Origin: the human T2T-CHM13v2.0 reference genome, Homo sapiens
Strand: one strand, 5' to 3'
DNA length: 64,000 nt
Assembly: GCF_009914755.1 (NCBI RefSeq)
Contig: NC_060926.1
The notes under the pieces were generated by a model. That model was given only the letters and a program-made list of their open reading frames with translations, did no database searches and was not told the origin of the DNA. The position numbers were made by a program, and so were the translations under genes. This document shows positions 28,741 to 45,053 of the stretch, piece after piece (the first letter of the stretch is position 1; every line of letters begins with the position of its first letter).

Positions 28741-30089
28741 AATCTCTATTACTCCTACAATACACTATTCCAATTTAATTTTTTTTCCCTCTGTTTTCTG
28801 TTGTGGGAGTCCTCAGGGTCTTGGCAACTTTCCAGTTCTAGAACAGATGCATGGAAGGCACAGTCAGGGATGTGTCTTAACATCGATTCATCTCTGCCAG
28901 ACAACTGGATGAGCCAACGGGTTTCTTGGGAGCGTCTGTCTCCCTGACCACATTATGAAAAAGCCGATACCCACCCTAACCAGGACGCCCATTCTGTTGA
29001 CTTTCAGCACTGCCCTGGTTTCAGGAAGCATCTGTGGTGCTTTTGCCCATTAGCGTTTCATGCTGTCTGCCCAGTGTCCATAGATATGATGGGAAGACCA
29101 CCTGGTCAGAGGTGGCTTGCTCTGTCTCACAGTGGAATCCTGGCTTCTCTCTCCATCTTGTTTATAAAGCTGCATCTGCTCAGTCTCAGATGAGAAGAGG
29201 ACACGAGGCAGCACTGCTGGCAGCTCTTAGTCACTCTGCAGAGAGTTCTGGTAATTTTCCTCTGTGAGAAAGGGGGCTGGTTGCCAGCCTCAGTCTGTGA
29301 TTCCTGTGCTGTTCCCTCCAGTGTCAGCTGATGAAATAAGGCCTTTTGATTTCCTTCACTGTTACATTCTCTGGCAAAGAACCACCAGGGAAATGAGACT
29401 AGGAACTTTCAGGCTATCCCAGGCAGCTGAGAAGTATTCATAGAAACAAAAATATTAGATTCGTTAAATATTAAGTGCCAAATCACAATGATACACTGGT
29501 GCTCATGAATGTATTACGCATATGTAGATTTGAACATAACGTTTGCACTTGTATGTTTTTCTCCCCAGAAGTTTGCATCAGTTAGGAAAGAATAATATTC
29601 CCTTTGCATTATCTTGGCTCTTTCTGGATGAAAAGCAAAAACACCATTTAGCTCTTGGCCCAGAGGTGTTTCTCTTCTGTACATTTTTGGGGCAGGGTTT
29701 TCTGAGGGAATGTGGGCCTTTCATTTCTTCTTTATAATCCTATATTCCAATTATTGTAGAAGCCTTTCCTCTTGGAAGATGTGGGTTTAGGGTGTCTAGC
29801 ACTGCACACCCTGGTTGAAGTATTAAATCTCTCATACTTTAGATTTGTGATTCTGGTGGGACAATTAATTATAGGATCCTCCTCCTTTCCTATAAGCTGC
29901 ACAGTATAGGCCTGGTTAATTATAAATTCCCATTTTCTTGACCACTCTGATGATACAGGTAAGAGCCTGGTACCTGAGCCGGACCAATCTTTCTTTAGGG
30001 TTCTTCTGTTTGGAGCTGGAGCTCTGAGAAGAAATCTTGCACTGGGCTTGAGAACAGGAAGCACACTAATTAAAAATCTACTTCACCAC

Positions 30090-30450
30090 TGATACGTTTG
30101 GCTCTGTGTACCAACCCAAATCTCATCTTGAATTGTAGTCCCCACAATCCCCACGTGTCAAGGCTGGGACCAGGTAGAGGTAATTGAATCATGGGGGCAG
30201 TTTCCCCATGCTGTTCTCGTGATAATGAGTGAGTCCCATGGGATCTGATGGTTTTATAAGTGCCTGGCATTTCCCCTGCTTGCACTCATTCTCTCTCCTG
30301 CCACCCTGTGAAGAGGTGCCTTCCACCATGATTGTAAGTCTCCTGAGGCCTCCCAAGCCATGCAGAACTATGAGTCAATTAAACCTCTTTTCTTTATAAT
30401 TACCCAGCCTCGGGTATTTCTTCATAGCAGCTTGAGAATGGACTAATACA
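30090..30450 (+). mobile_element. THE1D-like solo LTR
   Basis: TGATACGTTTGGCTCTGTG...GGACTAATACA; perfect 5-bp TSD ACCAC. Confidence 0.93.
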
Positions 30451-30679
30451 ACCACCATACAGAGAAAGTCTGTCTATGCCACTGAAGAGTACTTCCAAAT
30501 AGAGAAAATCAGAGAGTGGGCTGGACTGGGAGGCAGAGGTTTCCTCATTTATGTTCCTAGACACAGTCAGCAACGGAACTAAAAATGTCCTACCTAATTG
30601 ATAAGGTGAAGCAATGTGTTCCTTATAACATCTCTCTGTTTTAATATAACTTTGCTGATCAGAAAGGAAAAGGCAAAAA

Positions 30680-30754
30680 ATTGAATCACCACTAAAGGAC
30701 TTATCCATGTGACCAAAAACCAACTGTTCCCTCAAAATGATTGAAATAAAAAAA
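30680..30754 (+). mobile_element. Very short L1PB/L1MA 3' end
   Basis: CCACTAAAGGACTTATCCATGTGACCAAAAACCAACTGTTCCC..TTGAAATAAAAAAA; flanks AAAAG(G/T)CAAA. Confidence 0.75.
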
Positions 30755-30840
30755 GTCAAATACTATATAACATTAGCAGAATAAAACATTGTTGCTATTA
30801 TGAGTTAATTTTTTAAACTAGTTATTATAAATACATATAA

Positions 30841-34020
<3,180 letters not shown>

Positions 34021-34307
34021 CTGTTACTTCTTTTAATCAGAAATAAAGTGTGATCTTAAGGTAATTATTTGTTTCAATTGAAGGAGAATTGGAGAATCTG
34101 AAATTAAAAGTCTTTTCATATTGTCAAAGGTTCCTTTGAAACCTTCAAGCCTTATAATTTTAATTTTTCTAGAAGTGCAAATTAGTCAACATTTATTCAT
34201 TTATTTGTTCAACAATTATTTGTCTGGCTATGCTATAGATGTTGAAAATATAGCACTTATGGAATTTATGATCTAGGTTAATTTACCCAAAGTAAAATTG
34301 TGTAGAG

Positions 34308-34310
<3 letters not shown>

Positions 34311-34347
<37 letters not shown>
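34311..34347 (+). repeat. (AC)18 microsatellite
   Basis: Perfect AC run. Confidence 0.97.
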
Positions 34348-34349
<2 letters not shown>

Positions 34350-36089
34350 TTGTTATTAAATAATATTACCATTTACATTGATCCCTGAAATGGCAAATGC
34401 TGCTTTGTTCCCACCTGGTACTAAAACATATTGGAGTGACAACTGTGGTACTTTCAAGGAATAAAGAAAGCCTGTTGTTGCAAAAGATAACTAGAGAAAG
34501 AAGACTAGGGGATGAAAAAAAGAAGCCCCAGACAAACTCAAAAATTATAAGAAGAAACAAAGTTAATAAAAGGAAACCTGTGTAATAATGACAGAGAAGA
34601 TATTGTGGGAGAAGAGAAAAGGATGGTTCACAAGAACAAGGAAATCTTCTTTTCATCTAGAAATTTAAGATTTAACTCTCCAATTTATATCAGTAACTTT
34701 CCCTATTTTCATATAGTGAATGAGAGAAATGAGAGGTCAATGGAGAAAATGAGGGCTCTAAGATGTCCCATTTTATACCTTTTATAATGGTTTTCTTTTA
34801 GCTGAGATTTAGCACAAAGTTTTCTTTTTATTATATCTTTGTATGTAGGTGTAACCTGTCCCTGTTCACGCACCCTTCTTGCTGTTTTATTAAGGGTGAG
34901 ACAAGGAAGAAATGAAGGGAATGGGTTTTGTTCTATCACATGCTTGGGGAGAGGTGCCTGGCTACTCTGTGGATGTTTCTGCCTAATCACCTACATGAGG
35001 TGGAACCATCTTAGCCAAAGCCCTTCAGGCAGAATGGAGCACCATACCTCCATGCCGTCTTTTCTAGATGGAATATATCCTTAAAAATGATAAAATTTTA
35101 AGCATCTCTTTGACACAGGGGTTGGGTAAATATCTAAAAATACTACAGATGAGGGAAACGGGAAGTTTGTTTTTTTTCTATCTAGATCTTTTATACCCTC
35201 CAAGAGTTGGGAAAGGTCTTTGAGAAGAGGCTTCCTCATGTAGAATGCTCTTACTATTCAATTTCTTAGTCCTTCAAGCTCCCTTCAAATCCCACTGTGC
35301 ACAGCCCTCAAACTTCTTTCTCAGGAAAATCTACTCTTCCCTGTGTGAAACTTCTCGGGCCTGTCTCTATTTTGTGAATTCTAGTGAAAGTTTACGATGG
35401 ATGCTAGAGGTTGATTTCCTCATGCCCTTGTCAGCCCCAAGTCAGGAAGGGAGGTACAAGTCCAGTGAATTGATGGGAAGATGGTGGATGTTCCAATTCT
35501 AGTTTAATCTCTGCCATCAGGAGCTCTGGTTGCCTTTTAAGTATATCTCACCAAAGAAGTTAAGTTTATGTGTGTGCATTTCTTTTTAACAGTACAGTCT
35601 AGTCTTACATAAGGAGAGCATTGTTTCTCTTAGCATTAAAACTTTAACTCTTCCCCTTGCTAAAGAATGAAGTTAACACTATTTCTCTATAGCGATTTGG
35701 CTCTTGTGCCTATTTACCTTAAAGAACCTCCAAGGAGCTGAGAATGGCTCTCTGTGAGCCATCTGAAACAAGTGGAGTCAACCTTAAATACATTATTTCT
35801 GATTCTCAACTTTCTCCTTTGATAGAAAGGGGCAAGGGGCTCAGTAAATGCTGACAAGGATTTTTAAGTTGCAGACACATCTACATGGATAAATAGTTTA
35901 AACAAGTTGATCAGTGCATTCGTTTAAGATAGTAAAATATATACTTAGTAAAAGGTACATTTCAGATTGATTCCTTCTTCAACTATTTTGCTCTAAACCA
36001 GTCATTTAAATGAAAAGATCAATTTGGTTGGTTGCTGTCATATAGATAGGACACCTTTCTTCTTAACTATGCTTTTCCCTCTTTGGTAG

Positions 36090-36560
36090 TGGCCATAGCG
36101 GGTATTACGTAATCTAAAGTGATTCAATTGGTCAATTACTACGATATTGCGCATTCCTAAACTTTTCAAAAAGGAACATTTGCTTTTTAGAGTTATCAAG
36201 GGATCATTTTATCAGTCTGTTGTGATCTAGGAGAGAAAACGCTGTCTCTCAGAGGACACTTCACTTGATTATTAGCTTCACCTGAAGGAACACAGCATCC
36301 CTCTCTAATAATCAGCCAAGGTACCACGTGGGATCATTTAGCTAAGTGATATGCAGTCATCCTCCATTCCGTGACACTTTAATTTCTGGAGCTGCAGTTG
36401 TTGTCATACCTTACAGGTAACTATGGCAACGGACACTGCGCTCACAAGCTCTGTGTCTACCATTATTAGAGATGCGACAGTCTTGTCAACTATAATTAAT
36501 TGGGATTTGTTTTTTTTTAGGTGGGTGGATTTGTAAGGCAATTGACGTCAGCCTTTCCAG
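36090..36560. promoter_or_regulatory. Candidate enhancer or promoter with D-box, C/EBP-like, E-box, RFX X-box and CRE motifs
   Basis: ATTACGTAAT 36104-13; ATTGCGCAT 36146-54; CACGTG 36325-30; GTAACTATGGCAAC 36417-30; TGACGTCA 36543-50; non-repetitive with retained CpGs. Confidence 0.6.
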
Positions 36561-37247
36561 GGTGCAAATAAAAACATTTTGGAGATGGAAAAAAACCAGA
36601 CTTGATTTTAAAATTGTGGCATTTACTCAGAGTGTCAGCTAAGCGAGAGAAATTCAAATGAAGAAGTGTCAGTTCGGTCTGCCTCAGTCCTTTCAAAGAC
36701 AGGGAGCTTGTCATGTTTCTGTGTGAAATTTGAGCCTATGGCCTTAGACATATCTGTGGGCAAAACTGCTATTTTTTTCTTGCATTGTCTAGAGAGAAAG
36801 CATCCCAGAGAAAATTTTAAATAGTTATATCATGATTCGAACAACCCTCAAGATGGCTTTTTATCAGCCTTTCTAATGAGTTGTTTGCAGTTTTATTTCT
36901 CTAGAGTTTGTGGTGAAAAGTAGTCTGATTATTTACCTTTGAAACCCTATTTAATGGTATTTTGATGTGTCAGAAACCTTAGGCAAGGGAATAGGGCTTC
37001 AAAAGAACTCTTCTGGGCATATTTAGCACTGTGGTAGGGTTAGGAGAAAAGTTTGTCTTGGTGTCTGTTGTAAAAAGCTAAAAGGTGCCCAGGAAGAAAT
37101 TTCAGGAGATTCAAAGTTTGTAAGCATTTATTGAGTACCCATGAGTACCTTAAATAGTGCTAGGAATTTTCACATTTATTTCTGCACTTAAGAATTTAGT
37201 ATCTTTATTAAGGTAAAAAAAAAAAACCTCTTAAAATTACAATTGCA

Positions 37248-37292
37248 TGTGTGTATGTGTGTGTGTGTGTGTGTGTGTGCATGCATGTATGT
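37248..37292 (+). repeat. (TG)n microsatellite, interrupted
   Basis: TGTGTGTATGTGTG...GTGC. Confidence 0.9.
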
Positions 37293-37420
37293 ATAAAATA
37301 TATGTACTTTTTGACCCAAGGAATTAAAAAAGGATTAAAAAAGACCCTGATTCATTGAATATAAATAGCACTTGATACAGAAAGAAATATAAAAACAGAG
37401 TCCTGCCAACATTAGAGTGA

Positions 37421-37731
37421 TTTTTTTTTTTTTTTAATTTAAAGATGGAGTCTTGTGCTATTGCCCAGGCTGGAGTGCAGTGGCGCGATCTTGGGATCTC
37501 GGCTCACTGCAAGCTCCGCCTCCCTGGTTCACGCCATTCTCCTGCCTCAGCTTCCGGAGTAGCTGGGACTAAAGGCGCCCACCACCACGCCTGGCTAATT
37601 TTTTGTATTTTTAGTAGAGATGGGGGTTTCACCGTGTTAGCCAGAGTGGTCTCGATCTCCTGACAACGTGATCCTCCCGCCTGGACCTCCTGAAGTGTTG
37701 GCATTACAGGCATGAGCCACTGCGCCCAGCC
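37421..37731 (-). mobile_element. AluY
   Basis: Y diagnostics CAAGCTCCGCC, ACGCCATTCTCC, CCGTGTTAGCCAG, CTCGATCTCC; TSD TAGAGTGATTT; small internal duplication GATCTTGG-GATCTCGG. Confidence 0.95.
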
Positions 37732-38244
37732 TAGAGTGATTTGTATCTGGTCAAATTAGGGGCCTGTTACCTCTAGTACTTTACTTTCTTCCCAGAGTGG
37801 CATCCTCTCTACTAATGTGGTAGGCCATTTCTCCACTTCCTCAAGGTAGGAGTTTTTTTCAGTGATGCTTGTTTCCTGGCAATTGAATTTTTCTCACCTG
37901 AGGTGTTGCTCCAGGAAATTTGCACCAGGTCAGTGATTAATTAAAATCTTCAGTCCCAGGCTGTGCTTATTTAACTGTAAAATCTGAGGCTACTTGATTT
38001 TTTCTGGAGTTTAAACCTGGGGTCAGAAGAAATCAGGCAATGGGCCTCATCGGATTCAGACCGACAGACACACAGAAAAGTGTCATTTATGCTTTAGGAT
38101 CCTGCTGTAGAAATTTCTAGGAAGCTACTTCAAGCTAAAAGAATGTTAGGTTTGGAGCTGCAAGACTTGGATTGGAATCCTAGTTCTGCCTCTTACTCTC
38201 TTTGTGGCTTGGGGAAGATTCTATTTTTTTTTCTCATTTTCTAA

Positions 38245-38794
<550 letters not shown>

Positions 38795-38904
38795 TGAGAA
38801 GTACCTACAAAGTCGGGCTTCAGTGTATGATGCACTTTGATATTTTTGACACAACATTATCTTTGGTGGGGTGATGTTCCTCTATAAGTTGGGCAAAGGA
38901 GACA

Positions 38905-39150
38905 ATAATGACAGCACCGTTTTTTTGAGCATTTACTATGTGATAGGCACAGGATAGAATGCTTTCCAAAAATTCCCTTGCTTATTGCTCACAACAAATC
39001 TATGCAGATGGACTCTTACTGCCCTGTGCTACATGCAGGAGAGCAGAGTGTAAAGAGGTTAACTAATTTGCTCAGGGGTATGTCTGCAGGAGGTTGCAAA
39101 CAGAACTCAAGCCCACAGAGGAGCCCCCAGTCACCAGCGCCTCACATAAA
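38905..39150 (-). mobile_element. MIR
   Basis: TTGAGCATTTACTATGTGATAGGCAC...AGAGGTTAACTAATTTGCTCAGG. Confidence 0.75.
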
Positions 39151-39550
39151 CATACTCTGAATTGAGTTGAACAGAGCAAAATTACAACTTTACTTATATA
39201 AAATAAATCTTGTATTTATTTTTTCCTTACTTATTAATAATGAATAATTTTGCAAGTTTCTGTACGAGGGTCTGGAGATACAAAAATGAGCACCTGAACC
39301 CCCTGCAGCTTCTAGTCTACTAGAGAGGACTGACACATATGAAATAAATTCTTAAATAATCAATAAATTTATTATTAAATACAAATGTGATAACTGCAGC
39401 ACAAGGGAGTATGGGCGCCCTGATTTTGGGTACAGAGGGTCGGAATGTAGCTAAAGGGTTAGTTAGGTCAGGCTTGTTGGAGACAGTGACACTGAAGATA
39501 ATTCTTGAAGGATTGGAGTAGCAAGGTGAGTATACATAGATATAATCTAA

Positions 39551-40215
<665 letters not shown>

Positions 40216-40319
40216 CATGAAGGCTTTAGCCTCTGTGCCTCTCTCACATGACTTAGGCTTTCTCATTGGTATTAAACTGCTTTTGGGAGGCATCCTCTTC
40301 CTTACGGAACTGTAAGCTC

Positions 40320-40990
40320 TTTAATGAAATATAATTTATGTGCAACAAAACGCACAGATTTTAAGCCACTGTCCTTAAGTCATGAAACATTTTTATCACT
40401 CTGGGAAGTTTCCTCAATCCCCTTTCCAATTAAGACCTCACTCCCCCATTCCACCCCAGGCAACTACTCTGCAGAGTTACATGCTCATTGTATTAGTCTG
40501 TTTTCCTACTGCTATAAATAACTGCCTGAAACTGGGAGGTTTAATTGACTCACAGTTCAGCATGGCTGGGAGGCCTCAGGAAACTTACACTCATGGTGGA
40601 AGGTGAAGGGGAAGGAGACACCTTCTTCACAAGATGGCGGGAAGGAGGAGTACAAGCAGGGGAAATGCCAGATGCTTATAAAACCATCAAATCTCGTGAG
40701 ACGTAGGCATTATTACAAGAACAGCATGGGAGAAACTGCCCCCATGATTCAATTACCTCCATCTGGTCCCACCCTTGACACATGGGGGTTATGAGGATTA
40801 CAATTCAAGATGAGATTTAGCTGGGGACACAGGGCCAAACTATATTACATATAGTTGGTTTTTTCTGATCTAGAGCATTGTATAAATGGAAGTACACAGT
40901 ATGTATTATTTTGTGTCTGGCTTCTTTTGCTCAACATATGTTTTTGAGATTCATCTACTTTGTTCCTTTTTATTGCTGAGTAGTACTCCA
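40320..40990 (-). mobile_element. L1M 3' end split by an LTR
   Basis: TTAATGAAATATAATTTA..CGCACAGATTTTAAG; after the LTR TGTGTCTGGCTTCTTTTGCTCAACAT..TTTTATTGCTGAGTAGTACTCCA. Confidence 0.7.
40489..40847 (-). mobile_element. THE1D-like solo LTR
   Basis: TGTATTAGTCTGTTTT...CAGGGGAAATGCCAGATGCTTATAAAACCATCA...GGGGACACAGGGCCAAAC. Confidence 0.9.
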
Positions 40991-41969
40991 CCTTTAAGCT
41001 CCTTACAGACAAGGCCTGCCTAATTTTGTGTCCACCACTGTACTTGGAACCAGGATGATATTAAATATATTTATCAACAGAGATGACATGGGCACACATC
41101 AGAACAGATATTGGCCTCGGTGCTGCAGCAGGATCTTGTGCCAGAAATTAACCTTTAGTCATTGGATTATGAGGAGATGAGGGACCTGAGGGAGGGGTCA
41201 TAGGAACAGAGATGGCCAGGGCTATTGAGGGTGGTGATGGGATGCTTGGAGGCTTGGGGCAGTGACTACCAACCAGCATGGGAACTTTCACTATTTTAAC
41301 AGTTGTTGGTACAGTCGTGCTAGTGTATGCTGCTGAATATCAGCTCTGCTTAGCAAAGTATGTCTGTATTTACACAAAAAAGACATTCAATATATTTTTT
41401 TATTGAATGGGTGAATAACTACAGATTAAATGTAAATTGAGGATACCTGCTTGATATCATTTAAAATTAGAATTGATCTGCCTTGCAAGTATTTCTAAGT
41501 ACTTTGTCTTTATCAGTAGTTGCATGATATAGGTTGTTAAATCAATTTCAGAGCCTTTAGCTAGGTAGTAGCATTTGGTTCAAAGTTGACACCTACTCAT
41601 GGGATCAAAGACTGACGAGTGACCAATAAATGCTGCAAAGTTTTAATTGAGTTCCCAAATATGAGAATCTTATGACTGGGAAATCATAGAGAAAAGAATC
41701 AGGACATTCAGAAGAAGAATGGGTACCTAGGAGAGTACTTGGCACATAGTGAAGGCTCGAAACTATTAGTTGAACAAATGATGATGTGACTGACTACTTG
41801 TGTTGTATGCATTCTGAAGAGAAAGAGGTCAATAGGACTTGGAGTATCCAGAGGACACTTCTTGGAGAAAGTGGGTTGAAGGTAGGGACATAAGAATGGA
41901 TGGGCTTTAGATCAGAGGATCAGAGAGCAAGAAGAGTGGATGGCATGAACAAAGGAAGGGCATGAGGCC

Positions 41970-42410
41970 TGCAGAGGATGCCTGATTCTTTTGCCTGCCC
42001 AGCACCCTTCTGCCTCCTTTTGGTGGACTCATATACACTTTACTACTTTCAGGCTTGGTGGGACTCTCAATCAAGGAATCCTGTCTTATCTGGAAAAGAA
42101 GTGGATGGGTGATTCCAGCTACACTGGTAAGAAGCTCCATCCCTAACATGTGGATCTCACATGGAGTTATCCAGAGGATTATGGTCAAACCAATGAATCC
42201 TGATGGCTATGCCCTGAATTGACAGTCCTTTGGTTCCTGCCACCTGGATCTCCAGAGCTGATTTCTGGGTTTTCTGAGTTTTGACCTCTCTGCTTTTCCT
42301 TCATTTCTGTGAGTTATAACCTTTCAATATTTTTTATTTTCTCTTTTTTTCACGTAATATAGCCAGAGTCCATTTCTGCTGCTTGCAATAAACAAACTCC
42401 AACTGATTTA
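41970..42410 (+). mobile_element. Old ERVL-type LTR (LTR16-like)
   Basis: 3' end TAGCCAGAGTCCATTTCTGCTGCTTGCAA..CAACTGAT resembles LTR16 termini. Confidence 0.45.
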
Positions 42411-43529
42411 GGCAGTTTCCAGCTTCCCAGCCCCTACCAGCTTTTCAGGATGTGCTGACTGGTCACTAGCTGATACAGAATACTTTTGAATGTGTACTTT
42501 AGAGAACAGAATTCCCTGCTCTTTCCTTACGAGCAGAACATGTTGTCTTACTACTTGAGTCATAGCCTGAGATGTCTGGAAACTGAATGTTTCTCTTTAT
42601 GACTCAGTTTCACCTTTTGCTAGGCATAACTCCCCAAAAGGTTGTACTTTGAAGGCTTCCATGAAGATTGAAAGATAATACTGTAGACTCTTAACAACAA
42701 AGACACAATCATATTTTTTTAATGTGAATATTCTTAATTTTATAGCTGTGGCCAGTGGCTGTCTTGTGATTTTCATCTGGTTTCATCTACGTGTTTCTAT
42801 CCCAACCCAACAAAAGTAAATATTTTCCTTTCTTTCTCAAGCCCCCTTTATTGGGTGAAACTATTATTGGGGTGTTTCTCTCCATTCTTCTTTTTTTATC
42901 CTCTGCTAACTTTTCCACTAGCTTCATCTCTTGCTTCTTACTCGAAACACTTCAAAGTTTTCTTCTGATGAGTGCTAATTGGACTATACTCCTCATTTTT
43001 TCTCATGCATCCTGGGGAGAGTAACATTTTTCTCCCCAAGGGAAAATGAAAACACGACAGAAGACTGAAGTAGCTATTATGTAAACAAGAGAGGAATCAC
43101 AGAACAGACTTCAGTGGCCTTTGTGCAAAAGGAAAGCGGAAGGGAGATGAGCAATTCAAGTCCAGGGCCTGGCCACGTGGACTACCCTTTTTCAAGGATA
43201 GCACGGCATGAGAAAAAAGGAGGGCCTGTCTCAGAGGAAGTGCATGTGGGATGGCTGTGCATGTCCTTGTTGTTACAGTCTTCAGAAGACTCAAGGATGA
43301 ATGAGAAAAGCCCTAAAGAATCTGTACCTAAGAATTTGTGTAAATTCAAGAGAATTTACATAAATTGAAATGAAATTTATTTTTTGAAATAAATAAATGG
43401 GATTCTCAACAATTTTATTATGGTTCATTGGTTGATAATAAGCACATTTAGCAGGTAGAATATAAGCATTTGCTTGGGGAAGGGAAACCTGCCCTTCTGA
43501 CTTCAGTGTAAACACCATATTCGTTAGCA

Positions 43530-44060
43530 CCTTGACAAATATCTGCCATGTCCTTCACTCTTGTTTCCTCTCCTTGTAATTGATCTAATTCAAGCTCTCG
43601 TCATTTCCTGGCACAGTTTTCTAGTGGTCTCCTTTTTCCTTTTCCCTGTTTTCTCATCCCTCCAGCCTCTTCTCTCTTCTTCCAGAATAAGCAAGACCTG
43701 ATCATGTCAATCCCCCGAGTAAAAACCTTTGATGATGCCCCTTTGTCCACAGGACCTAGTCGGACTCTTTACTGTGACAATCAAGACTCCTCCATGTGGG
43801 TCCACATGCCTCTCCGACCCCATTTCTTGTTACTTGCCTCCCTTCTTCCTGCACACCAGTCTATGTGCTGTTCTGCAAACATGCCAAACACTGTAAGGCC
43901 TCTGTGACTTTGCTCATCTGTTTTTCATTGTGGTCTCATCAAATTTTCTCCAGAGAAGTCTCTAAATGACAGACATTCAATGGGATTCTTCTCTACCCAG
44001 AAGAATCATGTCTTCCTCTGTGCATAACTAGCTTTCTGTTCATACTAGGCAAATGGCACA
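43530..44060 (+). mobile_element. L2 fragment
   Basis: CTGATCATGTCAATCCCC..AAAACCTT, AGGCCTCTGTGACTTTGCTCAT; terminus resumes near 45240-45365. Confidence 0.55.
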
Positions 44061-44211
44061 TATACTATATCAGTGTAGTCCAGTAGACATATAACATGAA
44101 CTGCAATATTTAAAATTTTTTGGTAGCCACATTAAAAAGAAAAAAGAAACATGTGAAGTCAATTTTAAGAATGTACTCAGCACAATGTATAGAACACATC
44201 ATTTCAATGTT

Positions 44212-45053
44212 TGTATTAGTCAGGGTTCGCCAGAGAAAGAGGACCAAGGGTGTGTCCATGTGTGTGTATAATATAGTTTTATTTATTGTAAGGGATTGGC
44301 TCACATGATTGTGCATATTAAGTCCCAAGAGATGCAGGGTAAATTGACTTAGGACAGCCAATGGTGTAGTTCCAGTCTGAATACTGGCAGGGTCGAGACT
44401 CAAGAATAGCTAATGTTTCAGTTCTAGTCTAAAGGCAGGAAAAAGCTCATGTTCCAGTTCAAAGGCTGCTGTAGACTGAATGGTTGTGTCCCTACCAAAA
44501 TTTGTAATGTTGAAATCCTCACTGCCAATGTGATGGTATTAAGAGGTAGGGTCTTTGGTAGGTAATTAGTGCCCTTAGAAAAGAGATGCTGGAGAGCTCT
44601 CTAGCCCCTTCCACTATGTTAGGGCACAGCAAGAAGACAGTAATCCATGAACCAGGAATCAGGTCCTCACCAGAAACCAAATCTGCCAGTCTGTCCAAAT
44701 CTGTCCAAATCTTGGACTTGTCAGTCTCCAGAACCTTGAGAATTAAATTTCTGTTGTTTATAAGCTATCCAGTTCATGACATTCTGCAGCAGCTCAAATG
44801 GACTAAGACAAAGGCCATCAGGCAGGAAGAATTCTCTCTTACTTGGTGGAGGGTCAGCCTTTTTGTTCCATTCGGGCCTTCAACTGATTGGATGAGGCCC
44901 ACTCCCATTATGAAGGACAAGCTGCTATCCTCAGTCTACCCCTTAAATGTTAATCTCACCTGACATTCTCACAGAAACACCAAGAATAATGTTTGACCAA
45001 ATGTCTAGTTACCACATGGCCCAGTCAGTTGACATGTAAATTTAACCATCACA
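44212..45053 (-). mobile_element. MLT2B-type ERVL LTR, split by MLT1A
   Basis: TGTATTAGTCAGGGTTCGCCAGAGAAA...GCCTTCAACTGATTGGATGAGGCCCAC...TTAACCATCACA. Confidence 0.88.
44467..44810 (+). mobile_element. MLT1A-type MaLR LTR
   Basis: TGCTGTAGACTGAATG...GGACTAAGACA; perfect TSD AAGGC; internal tandem CTGTCCAAAT x2. Confidence 0.9.
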
